Shown: positions 9,614 to 20,499 of the stretch, piece by piece
Numbering within the stretch: position 1 is the stretch's first letter
Layout: each line of letters opens with the position of its first letter
Translations under genes and position numbers: made by a program
Notes under the pieces: model-generated
Told to the model about the DNA's origin: nothing
What the model saw: only the letters and a program-made list of their open reading frames with translations
Databases searched by the model: none
Source of the DNA: an uncultured Arenibacter sp.
GTDB lineage: Bacteria > Bacteroidota > Bacteroidia > Flavobacteriales > Flavobacteriaceae
NCBI GenBank assembly: GCA_965652575.1
Contig: CBFGWQ010000001.1
Location: forward strand, 1 to 52,033
Length of the DNA stretch: 52,033 nucleotides
Reading direction: 5' to 3'

Positions 9614-11101
9614 TTAATAACCTGCATTTTGGGTAATTGTACCTCCAGATTTATCCACTTCCCCTTGTGGAATTGGGTACAAATAATTTTTGTCCTGAAA
9701 ATTTTTACCAAGTCCCGTTAAAAATGATTTTGCAATTCCCCATCTTTTTAGATCGTTGAACCTATGGGATTCAAAACCTAGTTCCACCCTTCTTTCGGAC
9801 ATTATCCATCCCATAATTTCGGATGCATCGGTTGAATCGGGTCTATCCGCCAATGTGCCTGGTGGAATCACGGAGCCGTCCGCAGTTGGGGAAGTTCTTG
9901 CCCTGTTTCTTATATCATTTATAAGGTCGATTGCCCCTTCATAATCACCGGTTTCATTTAGGGCCTCCGCCTTCCAGAGCAGAACATCCGCATAGCGTAT
10001 AAATATTTTGTTACTGGGTGCATCCTCGTTTCCTTTATTATCCCCCACAGTGTTACCCAATAATTTTGAAACATTTTGGTTGTCCACATCAACAGTATAT
10101 AATAATCTGGGATCATTGGCTTCAAAAGCATTCATAAAATCATTACTAGGAGCTATAAATCCCCATCCGACCAAGGCACACAAACCATTTCCATTTCTTG
10201 GATTTTGATCTGATATATGATCGTAGGCAAAAATTACTTCATTGTCCAAAAACTCCTTGTCTACATCAAAACTGTCAAAATAATTAGCATTCAAACTATA
10301 AAAACCAAGAGCGTCCAATTCGGACACAAGGCTAATAACAGCGTTCCAATCTTCATTAAACAAAGCTGTTTTTGCCTGCAATGCTATTACGGCTCCCTTG
10401 GAAACTCTCCAAGGCTCGGAAGGAGTGGGATATTTGGAATTTGGCAGCAATGTTTTTGCCTGTGACAGATCAGCATTGATCTGTTCCCATATTTCCGAAG
10501 CCGGAACCCTTACCGCCACATCAAATGCTTCCTCAAACGATATTAACGGAACCGTTAAAAGAGGTACATCACCAAAATTATTTACCAAATCAAAATAATA
10601 AAAAGCCCTTAAAAAATAAGCTTCCCCCAATAATTGATTTTTACGTGGATCACTAATTCCAACAGTCTGCGTTATTTCCGTATTTGTTAAATAGCTTATG
10701 GCCAAATTTATTCTGTTTATGCCTTCATAATCATAAAGCCATAAACCATTAAAAGCGCCGTTCTCTGCCGTAAAACTAAAAGCACTTAACTCATCCATCC
10801 ACGCTTGATCTCCATCCGGGTTCCATTTTTTATTCATATCGCTGGACGCTATATCCTGTAAAATAAAATCATTCCTAAGTACAGATCCATCATCCCAATT
10901 CCATTCACCGATAAGATTCAACGTACTTGCCAACAGTTGATATGACGAGCTCACCGAAGATTCAAGAGTTCCCAATGTAGGGCTGGTATCAATTTGATCC
11001 AAGGTCAGAAGTCCAATGGGTTCATTTGTTAGTTCATCATTACAGCTCACAAAAGCTGTAATCATGCATATTGCCATTATGCTTTTATATATTGTTTTCA
11101 T
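9614..11101 (-). CDS. susD: SusD/RagB family glycan-binding lipoprotein
   Basis: Lipobox FVSC; GEAYFLRAFYYF, RYADVLLWKAEA, ERRVELGFE.HRF.DL.RW and C-terminal QNAGY. Confidence 0.95.
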   Translation of the reverse strand: MKTIYKSIMAICMITAFVSCNDELTNEPIGLLTLDQIDTSPTLGTLESSVSSSYQLLASTLNLIGEWNWDDGSVLRNDFILQDIASSDMNKKWNPDGDQAWMDELSAFSFTAENGAFNGLWLYDYEGINRINLAISYLTNTEITQTVGISDPRKNQLLGEAYFLRAFYYFDLVNNFGDVPLLTVPLISFEEAFDVAVRVPASEIWEQINADLSQAKTLLPNSKYPTPSEPWRVSKGAVIALQAKTALFNEDWNAVISLVSELDALGFYSLNANYFDSFDVDKEFLDNEVIFAYDHISDQNPRNGNGLCALVGWGFIAPSNDFMNAFEANDPRLLYTVDVDNQNVSKLLGNTVGDNKGNEDAPSNKIFIRYADVLLWKAEALNETGDYEGAIDLINDIRNRARTSPTADGSVIPPGTLADRPDSTDASEIMGWIMSERRVELGFESHRFNDLKRWGIAKSFLTGLGKNFQDKNYLYPIPQGEVDKSGGTITQNAGY

Positions 11102-11112
11102 AATTAATATTT

Positions 11113-14100
11113 TTAAAATTTAACATTTAGACCAAATAAAACCGAAGATGAAGAGGGGTAGGTTCCTTTATCCATTAAATCTGTTGACTCCGGATCCATG
11201 CCTGTATATTTAGTTGATGTAAATAAATTTTGACCGGACACATAAAGACGAATATCCTGCAACCCTATTATACCATTTACAGTGTATCCCAATTCTACAT
11301 TCTTAAGACGTATATAAGAAGCGTCCTCAACAAAAATGCTCGATACCTTACTGCTTCCGTTATCTTCAAAGGCAACCCTTGGAATTGTATTACTACTCCC
11401 TTCCCCGTCCCATGCACCTAAAACATTGGTCGTATAATTAAATGGACGTGTATCGTAATCCAATATTTTCTTAGAGTCGTTATATCTGTCAATTCCTTCT
11501 ACACCTTGGAAAAGGAATGAAAAGTCAAAGTTTTTATAAGATGACGAAAACGTAATTCCATAAGTTAAATCCGGTATAGAGCTTCCTAGAAATTTTCTAT
11601 CATCGGAATTGATGATCCCGTCATTGTTCAAATCTTCAAATTTAATATCGCCCGGTTTTACGCTGGGATCCAAAGTTCCGCTCAAATGACTATCAATCTC
11701 TGCCTGATTTTGATAAATGCCGACCATTTTGTACCCGTAATAGGCATTTAACGGTTGTCCCACTTGTGTTCTTGAAACTTCCCCGATAAGACTTGGTACA
11801 TTGGGATGTAGTTTTTCAACATTGTTTATTACGGTACCCAGGTTTGCATTTACACTATATTTAAATTCTTTACCTGACTCCCTATAGTTTAATGAAAACT
11901 CGAACCCTTTATTACTGACCTCGCCCGCATTTACAATTGTGGGAGATACATCGCCCACAATACTTGGCAGGCCAATCGGCAATAAAATATCCGATGTATT
12001 TTTTACATAATACTCGGCAGAAAAATTTAATCTGTTATTAAAGAACCCTACATCAGCACCTATGTTTGTCGATTCGGAACTTTCCCATTTTAAATCTTCA
12101 TTTCCATAACGATTTACTACTACTTTTCCATCTATTTGGCTAATTAAGGTTAAATAGGCATAGTTGTCTATCTCTTGATTTCCCAGTTTGCCCCAACCTG
12201 CCCTTAGCTTTAGATTGGATAACCATTTTACCTCCTTTAAAAAGTTTTCATCCGAAATTTTCCATCCTGCAGAAATAGAGGGAAAATAACCCCATCTATT
12301 TTTTTCTGCAAATCTGGAAGAGGCATCCGCCCTTAAATTGGTGGTAAGCATGTACCTATTGCTAAATACATAAGATGCCGAACCGAACAATGAAAACAAC
12401 GCCCACTCCGAGGCACTTCCACCATTCCACAAATCGGCTTCGGTTCCACCATAGTCCAAATACCTAAATGTTTTATCCGTGATATCAAAGCGAGATCTAC
12501 TTGCTCCAATAGATGAACTATAATTATCAATGTATTCTGTCCCTACCAATGCACTTATGTCATGTTTGTCATTAAGGTTTTTTATATAACTAAGGGTATT
12601 ATTAAATGTAATTGTGCGTGCTTCCCCACGTTCTTCGTTCAAATTATTGGGCCTGTTTTGTCTTCCCAATCCCTGATCCGTTTCATTACCACCCCCATCA
12701 TCGTCACCATAATTAACTCCGAACGCTTTGTTGTGAATAAATGACATATCAATACCTACATTGGTTCTAAATGTCAACGCTTTATCCTTTAAAAAGGAAT
12801 ATTCCCCATAAACATTTCCAAATGTTCTAAAATCCTTTCTTACATCGTCCGTAAAATAAGACCACGCAATGGGGTTGGTGCCCCACTCATATTTATCACT
12901 TTCCCATCCTCCTGTACTTAAATCATTGTGCCTATAAAATGGTAAATCTGTGAACGGGCTACTTTCGGTATATGTGGGGTCATTGATATCTTTATAAACA
13001 GCTCCGACCGGTGGTCTTATCAATGCAAATCTCACTACGCTTTCTCCCTTGGATGCCAATTTATCCTGTGTTGCGTATGTTAATTGAAGATTGGTCCCGA
13101 TCTTGAGACGATCCGTTAAGTCTACATTAAGATTGGTCCTATAACTTAGTCTTTTGTATTTATCATTATCAAATACGACAATACCATCCTGACCGTAATA
13201 GCCCAATGACATTAAAAATTGAATTTTATCACTGCCTCCACTTGCCGTAAATTGTAAATTTTGCGATTTCCCAACCTCAAACAATTCATCTAGCCAGTCG
13301 GTATCGGAAAAATCAGCCCTTCCCTTATCTGCGGTATAAGGGTTTGTTCCCGTTCTATCAGAATTGTTCCAAGCCTTTTCAACTGTATTCATATATTGCT
13401 CCGTATTCATCATATGGGGAAGATTGGAAGCATAATGTAGCCCTGTAAAATAGTTCAAGTCAAAACTCAATTTCTCCACATTACCACTTTTGGTCGTAAT
13501 CAACACTACACCACCAGATGCTCTTGAACCATAAATAGCTGCTGCGGAAGCATCTTTTAAAACAGACATTGATTTAATATCCCCTTGGTTTAAAAACCCA
13601 ATATCCCTTGTTGGAATACCATCCACAACATATAATGGATTATTGTTCCCTATCGTTCCTTCTCCACGAATACGGACTTGAATAGGATCTCCAGGCGCAC
13701 CTGAGCTGGATGTTACCTGCACGCCGGCAATTTGTCCCTGTAAGGCCTGCGACACATTTGCCACCCTTGTTTTCTCAAGGTCATCCATATCCACTACCGA
13801 TACCGCCCCCGTTAAAGTCGACTTTTTTAACGAGGAATACCCTACCAAAACAACTTCGTCCAAAGAATTGGCACCTTCCGTCAGGGTAACACTAATTTGG
13901 TTTCTTCCATTGACCGGAACGCTTAGAGTCTCATAACCTATATAACTGAACACCAACATCGCGTTGGATTCTACATTGGATATGGCATAATTACCATCAA
14001 AATCTGTTGAAGTCCCGTTCAAAGTTCCTTCGACAACTACGTTTACCCCGGCAAGCGGACCTGTATTATCGGATACATTACCGGTAATGGTTTGCGCCAA

Positions 14101-14166
14101 CAGGGAACTTCCGAAAAGAATAGCTCCGAAAAAAGTTAGCTTACTGATAAAATTTTTCATCATCAT
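11113..14166 (-). CDS. susC: SusC/RagA TonB-dependent transporter
   Basis: N-terminal GT.TDFDGNY domain, LDEVVLVGY, VLKDASAAAIYGSRASGGVVLITTK plug motif, terminal GLNVKF. Confidence 0.96.
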   Translation of the reverse strand: MMMKNFISKLTFFGAILFGSSLLAQTITGNVSDNTGPLAGVNVVVEGTLNGTSTDFDGNYAISNVESNAMLVFSYIGYETLSVPVNGRNQISVTLTEGANSLDEVVLVGYSSLKKSTLTGAVSVVDMDDLEKTRVANVSQALQGQIAGVQVTSSSGAPGDPIQVRIRGEGTIGNNNPLYVVDGIPTRDIGFLNQGDIKSMSVLKDASAAAIYGSRASGGVVLITTKSGNVEKLSFDLNYFTGLHYASNLPHMMNTEQYMNTVEKAWNNSDRTGTNPYTADKGRADFSDTDWLDELFEVGKSQNLQFTASGGSDKIQFLMSLGYYGQDGIVVFDNDKYKRLSYRTNLNVDLTDRLKIGTNLQLTYATQDKLASKGESVVRFALIRPPVGAVYKDINDPTYTESSPFTDLPFYRHNDLSTGGWESDKYEWGTNPIAWSYFTDDVRKDFRTFGNVYGEYSFLKDKALTFRTNVGIDMSFIHNKAFGVNYGDDDGGGNETDQGLGRQNRPNNLNEERGEARTITFNNTLSYIKNLNDKHDISALVGTEYIDNYSSSIGASRSRFDITDKTFRYLDYGGTEADLWNGGSASEWALFSLFGSASYVFSNRYMLTTNLRADASSRFAEKNRWGYFPSISAGWKISDENFLKEVKWLSNLKLRAGWGKLGNQEIDNYAYLTLISQIDGKVVVNRYGNEDLKWESSESTNIGADVGFFNNRLNFSAEYYVKNTSDILLPIGLPSIVGDVSPTIVNAGEVSNKGFEFSLNYRESGKEFKYSVNANLGTVINNVEKLHPNVPSLIGEVSRTQVGQPLNAYYGYKMVGIYQNQAEIDSHLSGTLDPSVKPGDIKFEDLNNDGIINSDDRKFLGSSIPDLTYGITFSSSYKNFDFSFLFQGVEGIDRYNDSKKILDYDTRPFNYTTNVLGAWDGEGSSNTIPRVAFEDNGSSKVSSIFVEDASYIRLKNVELGYTVNGIIGLQDIRLYVSGQNLFTSTKYTGMDPESTDLMDKGTYPSSSSVLFGLNVKF

Positions 14167-14303
14167 ACGAATTGATTTTTAGAATTAAATTTTGGTTGTT
14201 CAAATTGTACCCTTTCATATCCGTAAAGAAAGTGGGAGTACTTTGCAACGAGCATCTATAGAGTCCGTTTTCTAGTTGTAGTAAAATTATAAGGAGGCAA
14301 GAA

Positions 14304-14338
14304 CAAAATCTGTACACTATTTGGTCAAAAGTGTACAC
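14304..14338 (-). promoter_or_regulatory. Candidate HTCS operator (21-nt-period direct repeat) upstream of the susC promoter
   Basis: TGTACAC at 14311 and 14332, each preceded by CAAAA; a -7-like TAATTTTA lies on the minus strand at 14282-14289. Confidence 0.55.
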
Positions 14339-14380
14339 CGAACAACAACATACTGAAAATAAGTATGTTACAAAAAAATA

Positions 14381-17300
14381 TTATAAAGTGGATACCGACT
14401 TAAGCTGATAGTTCTTTGGAGTGATATTGTACATTTTCTTAAATTCCCTATAAAAATAGGAACGGTTGTTGAACCCGGATAGATAGCATACTTCCGAGAC
14501 CGTAAGTGTATTTTTTCTTAAAAGGGCAGCTGCATGTTTTAACCTAACGGTTCGTATTAGATCTCCCGGTGAGAAACCATATATATATTTAATTTTTCTA
14601 TAGAACTGGGAACTACTTATCCCCAATTCCTTCTCTATTAAAGAACTTTGAAGATTTTCACTTTCAATATTATTATGTATAATCTTCAGTACCTTTTTCA
14701 TAAAGTCTTTCTGGTCATCATGTTCCAAAACATTGGTAAGGCTATCAACGGGCGTTTCCTTGGACAGGTGCTTCAGCATATGTTCCTTTTCTTCCAAAAG
14801 ATTTTGAACCTTTATCTGCAGGTAATCCGGATGGAAAGGTTTTGGAATATATGAATTTGCCCCGCTCTCCAGGCCTTCAATACTATGGATGACCGAATTT
14901 TTGGACGTAAGCATAACAAAAGGAATATGACAAGTAAGAATATTGCTCCTTATTTTTTTACATAATTCCATTCCATCCATTTCAGGCATCATAAGGTCGC
15001 TTATAATTAGATCGGGTATTTCCTTTTTTACCGTTTCAATGGCCTCGGCCCCATTATTAACGGTCAAGACATTATATTTATCCATCAATAGATCTTTTAA
15101 AAACGCCCTTACATCCTTTTCATCCTCAACAACCAAAACAACTTTGCGTTTATTTTGAAGGACATCGAGTGATGTTAATTTATTTGAAATATCTTCGGAA
15201 TTCCCGGATACATCTTCCAAAATATTTTTTAAGTGATACGATATATTGACCTGACCTGGTTTCTCCTCCAATTCCTTATCCTTAAATTTCTCCTTGCTAC
15301 AGGGGAGCAAAACATTAAATGAGGTCTCCTTATCAACTTCACTTGCAACGGTAATGTCACCCCTGAGAACTGTCGCCAAACTCCTCACATAGGCCAAACC
15401 TATGCCGGTCCTGAATTTATTGTTATCCATTTCCTTTCCTTCCTCCAACATAACAAAACGATTAAATACCTGATCCAATTTTTCTTTTGCAATGCCCTTT
15501 CCGGTATTGGATACTTTAATATTCAGAATTTTGCTATCATCTCCTTCAATAAAAATCCGGAGATTGATTTTTCCATTTTCAGGAGTGTATTTGAAGGCGT
15601 TGGACAATAGGTTAAATACAATCTTCTCAATCTTATCCTTATCAAACCAACCTTCCAAGGATGAAGGTATCTCCAATTCATATTCGGTATTGTTCTGTAT
15701 GGCCCATTCATCAAATAATTCTGCAATTTGTTCTATTAAGTTCACTAAATCAAATTGCCTTACCCGTACTTCAAGATAATTGCTTTCGGCCTTCCTGAAT
15801 TCGAGTAATTGTTGTGTTAAAAAGAGTAACCTTGAGGAGTTTCTTTCTATCATACTGATAAATCTCTGGTTCTTTTCACTTAAACCGACCATTTCGGAAA
15901 GTTTTTGAATGGGCCCGGTAATCAAAGTTAGAGGTGTTTGAAACTCATGGGCGACATTGGTGAAAAAAGTTAGACGGTTTTGATGAATTTCCTCCTCTCT
16001 TTTTTGATCTATAATATTTTGCCTCAACGACCTTCTTTTTTGGTAGTAACTATAGATCAGGACCAGTAAAAGAAGGAAAAGAAGGACATAGGCCGCGTAG
16101 GCTATATTTGTTCTCCAGACTATTGGATCTATTTTTATATCTATTGCCCTGGTCGGACCGCTCCAAACACCATCGCTATTGGTCCATTTCAACCACAGCG
16201 AATACTGTCCTGGAGGTACATTTGTAAAAGAAATGTTTCTTCTGTTGTTAATGTTTACCCAGTCGTTGTTAAAACCGATAAGCTGATAGGCATATTTACA
16301 CTTTTCACTGTGAATAAAGGTCAGGGCCGCTAGATCTATATCGAAATAATTTTCATTATAGTCCAATAAAATTGATGGATAGGTTTTTGCCCCAGGGGAG
16401 ACCACCAAGTTTTGAAAATAGGGTATTTCCTTATTTTGCCCACTTATTTTATCAATGAGAATATCCGGAACAAAATAATCTTCCTCTATTTCCGAAGGCA
16501 AAAAATAATTAAACCCCTTTATTCCTCCAAAAAACACAAATTCCGAGTCCGTACCCTTGTAAAAAGCCCCATCCGCAAACTCGTTATTTTGCAGACCCTC
16601 GTTTTCCGTGAAGTTGATGAATCTGGATTCATCGATTATAAAATTGGACAACCCGTAATTGGTACTTATCCATAAATTTGATCTTTGATCGGATATAATC
16701 CCATGCACGGTATTATTGGGCAGGCCATCTGCCACGGTATAACGCTTAAAATTTACCCCCGAATCCTTTCCATTATCCTGTAATAAATTTAAACCAAAAC
16801 TGGTCCCTACCCAAAGTTGCCCTTTTGGACCTTCATACAGGCATAGAATATCATCATTGGACAGGCTTTGTGGTTCATCCCTTTTATTTTTATAAATTTT
16901 GAAAGAGTCGGATTCCTTATTGTAAAGATTTAACCCGCCCAATCGGGTACCTATCCATAATTCCCTTTCGTTCTTGGGAAGGATTGAAAAAATTATATTA
17001 CTGCTCAGGCTGTTTTCCGCATATTCTCCCGCTACATATTTTTTAAATTGGCTTACTTCAAGTTCCTCTCCATTTCGTTCAATTTTGAGGCGTATCATTC
17101 CATAACCATTGGTTCCCAACCATATAAATCCCTTCTTGTCCTGATAAATGGTATAGGTGGACTTAAAAAAATCGATCTGGTCACTTCCCTTTATTCGGGA
17201 CCAATTAATAAGTTTTGACCTTTTTATATCATAAACATCTATACCTTCCCCATCCGTTCCTATAAAAATTAAGCTGTCCTGCCCAGTATGCAATGCATAG

Positions 17301-18589
17301 ACCGAATTGTTAATGGCACTATTATTTTGATCGAAATTTTCATATTGTAAAGGTTCCTGTACATTACGATAAAATTTTGCCGGAAAGCGAAACAATCCTT
17401 TTCCTTTGGTTCCCACCCAAAAGGAATTTCCTTTGGCCTCTGTAAACGCTCTTATAATGCCCTCACTAAATTCAGGAACTTGTGTCTTGGTAATTACATT
17501 AAAAGACTTTCGGAGCGGGTATAACTTAAAAATCCCCTCCCCATCGGTACCGACCCAAATAACGTTTTCATTTCCTTGAAAAATAGTGGTTATCTTTTGA
17601 TTTCTAAGAAATTCCTGCCAAGGAAGATTTATTCTTTTTCCATGATTGTCAATAATTAAAAACTCGGATTTATTGGACAACAAGAGGCCTTCGGATATAT
17701 TTCCAATTACATTTTCAATATTCCTTTCGTCAACTTCAATCGAACTTTGATCCAACAAGGAGTATATCCCTATCTTTCGGGCCTTCGAGATGATACTTAA
17801 TTTTTGATTTTGTATTATATCGAAGTCATGGACATTTTTAGAAACTATCACTATACTTGAAACACTTCTTTGGGCATCATTTTTAATAGTAATCTTCAAG
17901 CGGTACAATTCACCATTATCAAATAGCAGTAGTAAATCACCTGTGGGCGCGAACAACATCTTTTTAACAGCCTCCGTGGGAAGATTACGGGAATTCAATC
18001 GCTGAAAACCGTCCTTAAAAAAGTAGCCTATTCCCCAATCCTTAACCGCGCAGAAAACTGTTTTGGATGAATCCAAAGCCATGTTAAATTCAGATTCAGA
18101 GACGGGAGGATTATTTATTCTAGTAAAATAATAACGTCGAAAAGTATCTGTTTTCTTGTCGTAACTATTAATCCCATGAATTGTGGTCATCCAAATTTGA
18201 CCAGATTTGTCTTCATCAATTTTAAGTATCACCTGATTGCTCAAGCTATTCCCATTATTTAACTCTGGACGAAATATTTTGAATTTACTCCCATCATAGC
18301 GATTTAATCCATCCCAAGTTCCAATCCATAGCAGATTATCCGAATCTTGAAAAATTGTATTAATGGAACTATTCGAAAGCCCAAGGGAATTATCAATTTG
18401 CTGAAATTTATATTTTAATTCCAGATCAATCTTGGCAATGTTCGATTTATCCGGGCTATCAATAGAATTATGATCCTCAGTTATGATTCCGGAATTATTG
18501 GAATTGACGGTACTATTCTGAGCTATACCAATACATATGCAAAAAATAGAAACGAACAGTAAATTACTTTTTACATTAAAAAACAGCAT
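14381..18589 (-). CDS. Hybrid two-component system (beta-propeller/Y_Y_Y sensor, His kinase, receiver, AraC HTH)
   Basis: Repeated lWiGT..Gl motifs, one TM helix, AHEFQTPLTLI, NLLSNAFKYT, GIGLA, DLMMPEMDG, C-terminal GF.N.SYFYREFKK. Confidence 0.96.
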   Translation of the reverse strand: MLFFNVKSNLLFVSIFCICIGIAQNSTVNSNNSGIITEDHNSIDSPDKSNIAKIDLELKYKFQQIDNSLGLSNSSINTIFQDSDNLLWIGTWDGLNRYDGSKFKIFRPELNNGNSLSNQVILKIDEDKSGQIWMTTIHGINSYDKKTDTFRRYYFTRINNPPVSESEFNMALDSSKTVFCAVKDWGIGYFFKDGFQRLNSRNLPTEAVKKMLFAPTGDLLLLFDNGELYRLKITIKNDAQRSVSSIVIVSKNVHDFDIIQNQKLSIISKARKIGIYSLLDQSSIEVDERNIENVIGNISEGLLLSNKSEFLIIDNHGKRINLPWQEFLRNQKITTIFQGNENVIWVGTDGEGIFKLYPLRKSFNVITKTQVPEFSEGIIRAFTEAKGNSFWVGTKGKGLFRFPAKFYRNVQEPLQYENFDQNNSAINNSVYALHTGQDSLIFIGTDGEGIDVYDIKRSKLINWSRIKGSDQIDFFKSTYTIYQDKKGFIWLGTNGYGMIRLKIERNGEELEVSQFKKYVAGEYAENSLSSNIIFSILPKNERELWIGTRLGGLNLYNKESDSFKIYKNKRDEPQSLSNDDILCLYEGPKGQLWVGTSFGLNLLQDNGKDSGVNFKRYTVADGLPNNTVHGIISDQRSNLWISTNYGLSNFIIDESRFINFTENEGLQNNEFADGAFYKGTDSEFVFFGGIKGFNYFLPSEIEEDYFVPDILIDKISGQNKEIPYFQNLVVSPGAKTYPSILLDYNENYFDIDLAALTFIHSEKCKYAYQLIGFNNDWVNINNRRNISFTNVPPGQYSLWLKWTNSDGVWSGPTRAIDIKIDPIVWRTNIAYAAYVLLFLLLLVLIYSYYQKRRSLRQNIIDQKREEEIHQNRLTFFTNVAHEFQTPLTLITGPIQKLSEMVGLSEKNQRFISMIERNSSRLLFLTQQLLEFRKAESNYLEVRVRQFDLVNLIEQIAELFDEWAIQNNTEYELEIPSSLEGWFDKDKIEKIVFNLLSNAFKYTPENGKINLRIFIEGDDSKILNIKVSNTGKGIAKEKLDQVFNRFVMLEEGKEMDNNKFRTGIGLAYVRSLATVLRGDITVASEVDKETSFNVLLPCSKEKFKDKELEEKPGQVNISYHLKNILEDVSGNSEDISNKLTSLDVLQNKRKVVLVVEDEKDVRAFLKDLLMDKYNVLTVNNGAEAIETVKKEIPDLIISDLMMPEMDGMELCKKIRSNILTCHIPFVMLTSKNSVIHSIEGLESGANSYIPKPFHPDYLQIKVQNLLEEKEHMLKHLSKETPVDSLTNVLEHDDQKDFMKKVLKIIHNNIESENLQSSLIEKELGISSSQFYRKIKYIYGFSPGDLIRTVRLKHAAALLRKNTLTVSEVCYLSGFNNRSYFYREFKKMYNITPKNYQLKSVSTL

Positions 18590-18797
18590 AAAACGATATA
18601 AACTAAAATTGATCAGATATGAGGGCTTCTATTAAGAAAATCGTAAAATACCCAAACATGATTTGTTTTTGGTTATAAAACCGGGCCCGCCATATTAATG
18701 AATATAGCTAAGTTAGTCCTCTTTACAATACCAATCTATTTCCAAATCATTAATACAATGAAATTTTTAATGGAACAATAAGAATACCATTAAACCA

Positions 18798-18832
18798 AAA
18801 TATTGGGCCGGATAAACCCCCGCCCAATATTT
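18798..18832 (-). terminator. Probable intrinsic terminator after the sulfatase
   Basis: AAATATTGGGC...GCCCAATATTT stem about 25 nt past the stop codon. Confidence 0.65.
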
Positions 18833-18856
18833 AATAACATATTCAATGGGGTTTGT

Positions 18857-20467
18857 TCAGTACTTTTTGCTCTGTTCAATATACTTCTCATCCAATTCTT
18901 TGGAATCCTTGTATTTTATCCTTAGCTGGGCCAATTTTTCCTTTAGTTCCTTGACGACCTCCGTATAGTCCGGATCATTATAAACATTGTTCAACTCCTT
19001 GGGATCTTTAATGCGATCATATAATTCCCATTCGTCCACATCATAATAAAAATGGGCCAATTTGTACTCCTTGGTCACTATGCCATAATGACGTTTTACC
19101 ATATGTACACTGGGATATTCATAATAATGATAATAGACCGCCTCCCTATTCCATTTATCGCTTTCCCCTTTTAACAAGGGCATTAAACTTTCCCCTTGCA
19201 TATCCCCTGGTGCCGTAATTTGGGCCGCTTCCAAAAAGGTCTGGGCAAAGTCCAGGTTCTGCACCATTTCCTCCTCAGTGGTTCCCGGTTTTATTTCATT
19301 GGGCCAACGTATAAGTAATGGTGTTTTAAAAGACTCGTCGTAGATAAAACGCTTATCGAACCAACCATGCTCCCCTAAATAGAACCCTTGGTCCGAAGTA
19401 TAGACCACTATGGTATTTTCGGTCAGACCGTTGTTGTCCAAATAATCCAACACCCTTCCAACATTGTCATCCACAGAGGAAATACTGCCCAAATAATCCT
19501 GCATATAGCGCTGGTATTTCCAGATCATCTTTTCCTTGTCGGTCAAAGTAGGCCATTTTTCCTTAAAATCCTGGTTAATGGCATCGATAATAGGCTTGTA
19601 TTCTTGTTTTTGTTCTTCATTTCCACGATTGAATTCATTGTACACACTCGCTTGGGATCCTTCAACAAATGGCTCCACCCCTCCCATTTCTTCCAAAGTT
19701 TCCGGCCAAATCTTACTGTCATGGCTGTACTGCATATGGTACAACAAATTCATCTCTGCCGTTTTGGCCGCAGTACCCCTGTTGGAATAATCATCGAATA
19801 AGGTTTCCGGCAGGGGAAAGGTTTTTTTGGTATATTCCTTAAACTTGTCCGCCCTTGGCCACCAAGGCCTATGCGGAGCCTTGTGCAAATACATTAAAAA
19901 AAACGGCTTGTTGGGATCCCGTTTTTTATCCAACCATTCCAAACTCATGTCCGTTATAATATCCGTTACATAACCGGTAATGGTGGTATCACCTTTTTGG
20001 GTGATAAAATCCGGGTTGATATAATGTCCCTGTCCGGGCAGGATCATAAAATCGTCCACTCCCTTCGGATTATTTCCAAAATGAAGCTTGCCAAACATGG
20101 CGGTTTGGTAACCCGCCTTCTGAAAAATTTGGGGAAAGGTAACCTGGGTGGTATCGAACGGATTGTGATTGTCTATTTTCCCATTAATATGGGTATGCTT
20201 TCCTGTAAGTATGGTAGCCCTTGATGGAGCGCAGATGGAATTGGTGACGCTGGCGTTTCTGAACAACATCCCCTCTTTGGCCAAACGATCAATATTAGGG
20301 GTCTGGATCAAATGGTCGCTATAGGCACTAATGGCCTGATACGCATGATCATCGGACATTATAAACAGGAAATTGGGTTTCTGGGACTTCTTCCCTTCTT
20401 TCTCGGCACAACTGTACAATGATAAAAGGCATAGGGCAGCAAGGGAAAATAATGGCAATACTTTCAT
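18857..20467 (-). CDS. Family S1 formylglycine sulfatase lipoprotein (GlcNAc-6-sulfatase-like)
   Basis: SDDH, CAPSRA (CxPxR), GKLH, HKAPH, SDQG..LGEHG.FDKR; lipobox LYSC. Confidence 0.92.
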   Translation of the reverse strand: MKVLPLFSLAALCLLSLYSCAEKEGKKSQKPNFLFIMSDDHAYQAISAYSDHLIQTPNIDRLAKEGMLFRNASVTNSICAPSRATILTGKHTHINGKIDNHNPFDTTQVTFPQIFQKAGYQTAMFGKLHFGNNPKGVDDFMILPGQGHYINPDFITQKGDTTITGYVTDIITDMSLEWLDKKRDPNKPFFLMYLHKAPHRPWWPRADKFKEYTKKTFPLPETLFDDYSNRGTAAKTAEMNLLYHMQYSHDSKIWPETLEEMGGVEPFVEGSQASVYNEFNRGNEEQKQEYKPIIDAINQDFKEKWPTLTDKEKMIWKYQRYMQDYLGSISSVDDNVGRVLDYLDNNGLTENTIVVYTSDQGFYLGEHGWFDKRFIYDESFKTPLLIRWPNEIKPGTTEEEMVQNLDFAQTFLEAAQITAPGDMQGESLMPLLKGESDKWNREAVYYHYYEYPSVHMVKRHYGIVTKEYKLAHFYYDVDEWELYDRIKDPKELNNVYNDPDYTEVVKELKEKLAQLRIKYKDSKELDEKYIEQSKKY

Positions 20468-20499
20468 AGGATCGGGTAGTTTAAATAAGACTCTACTAA

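Noticed and set aside
14141-14338. 65-aa ORF upstream of susC as a leader peptide
   Set aside because: It starts within the predicted operator, upstream of the likely promoter, and has no coding features.
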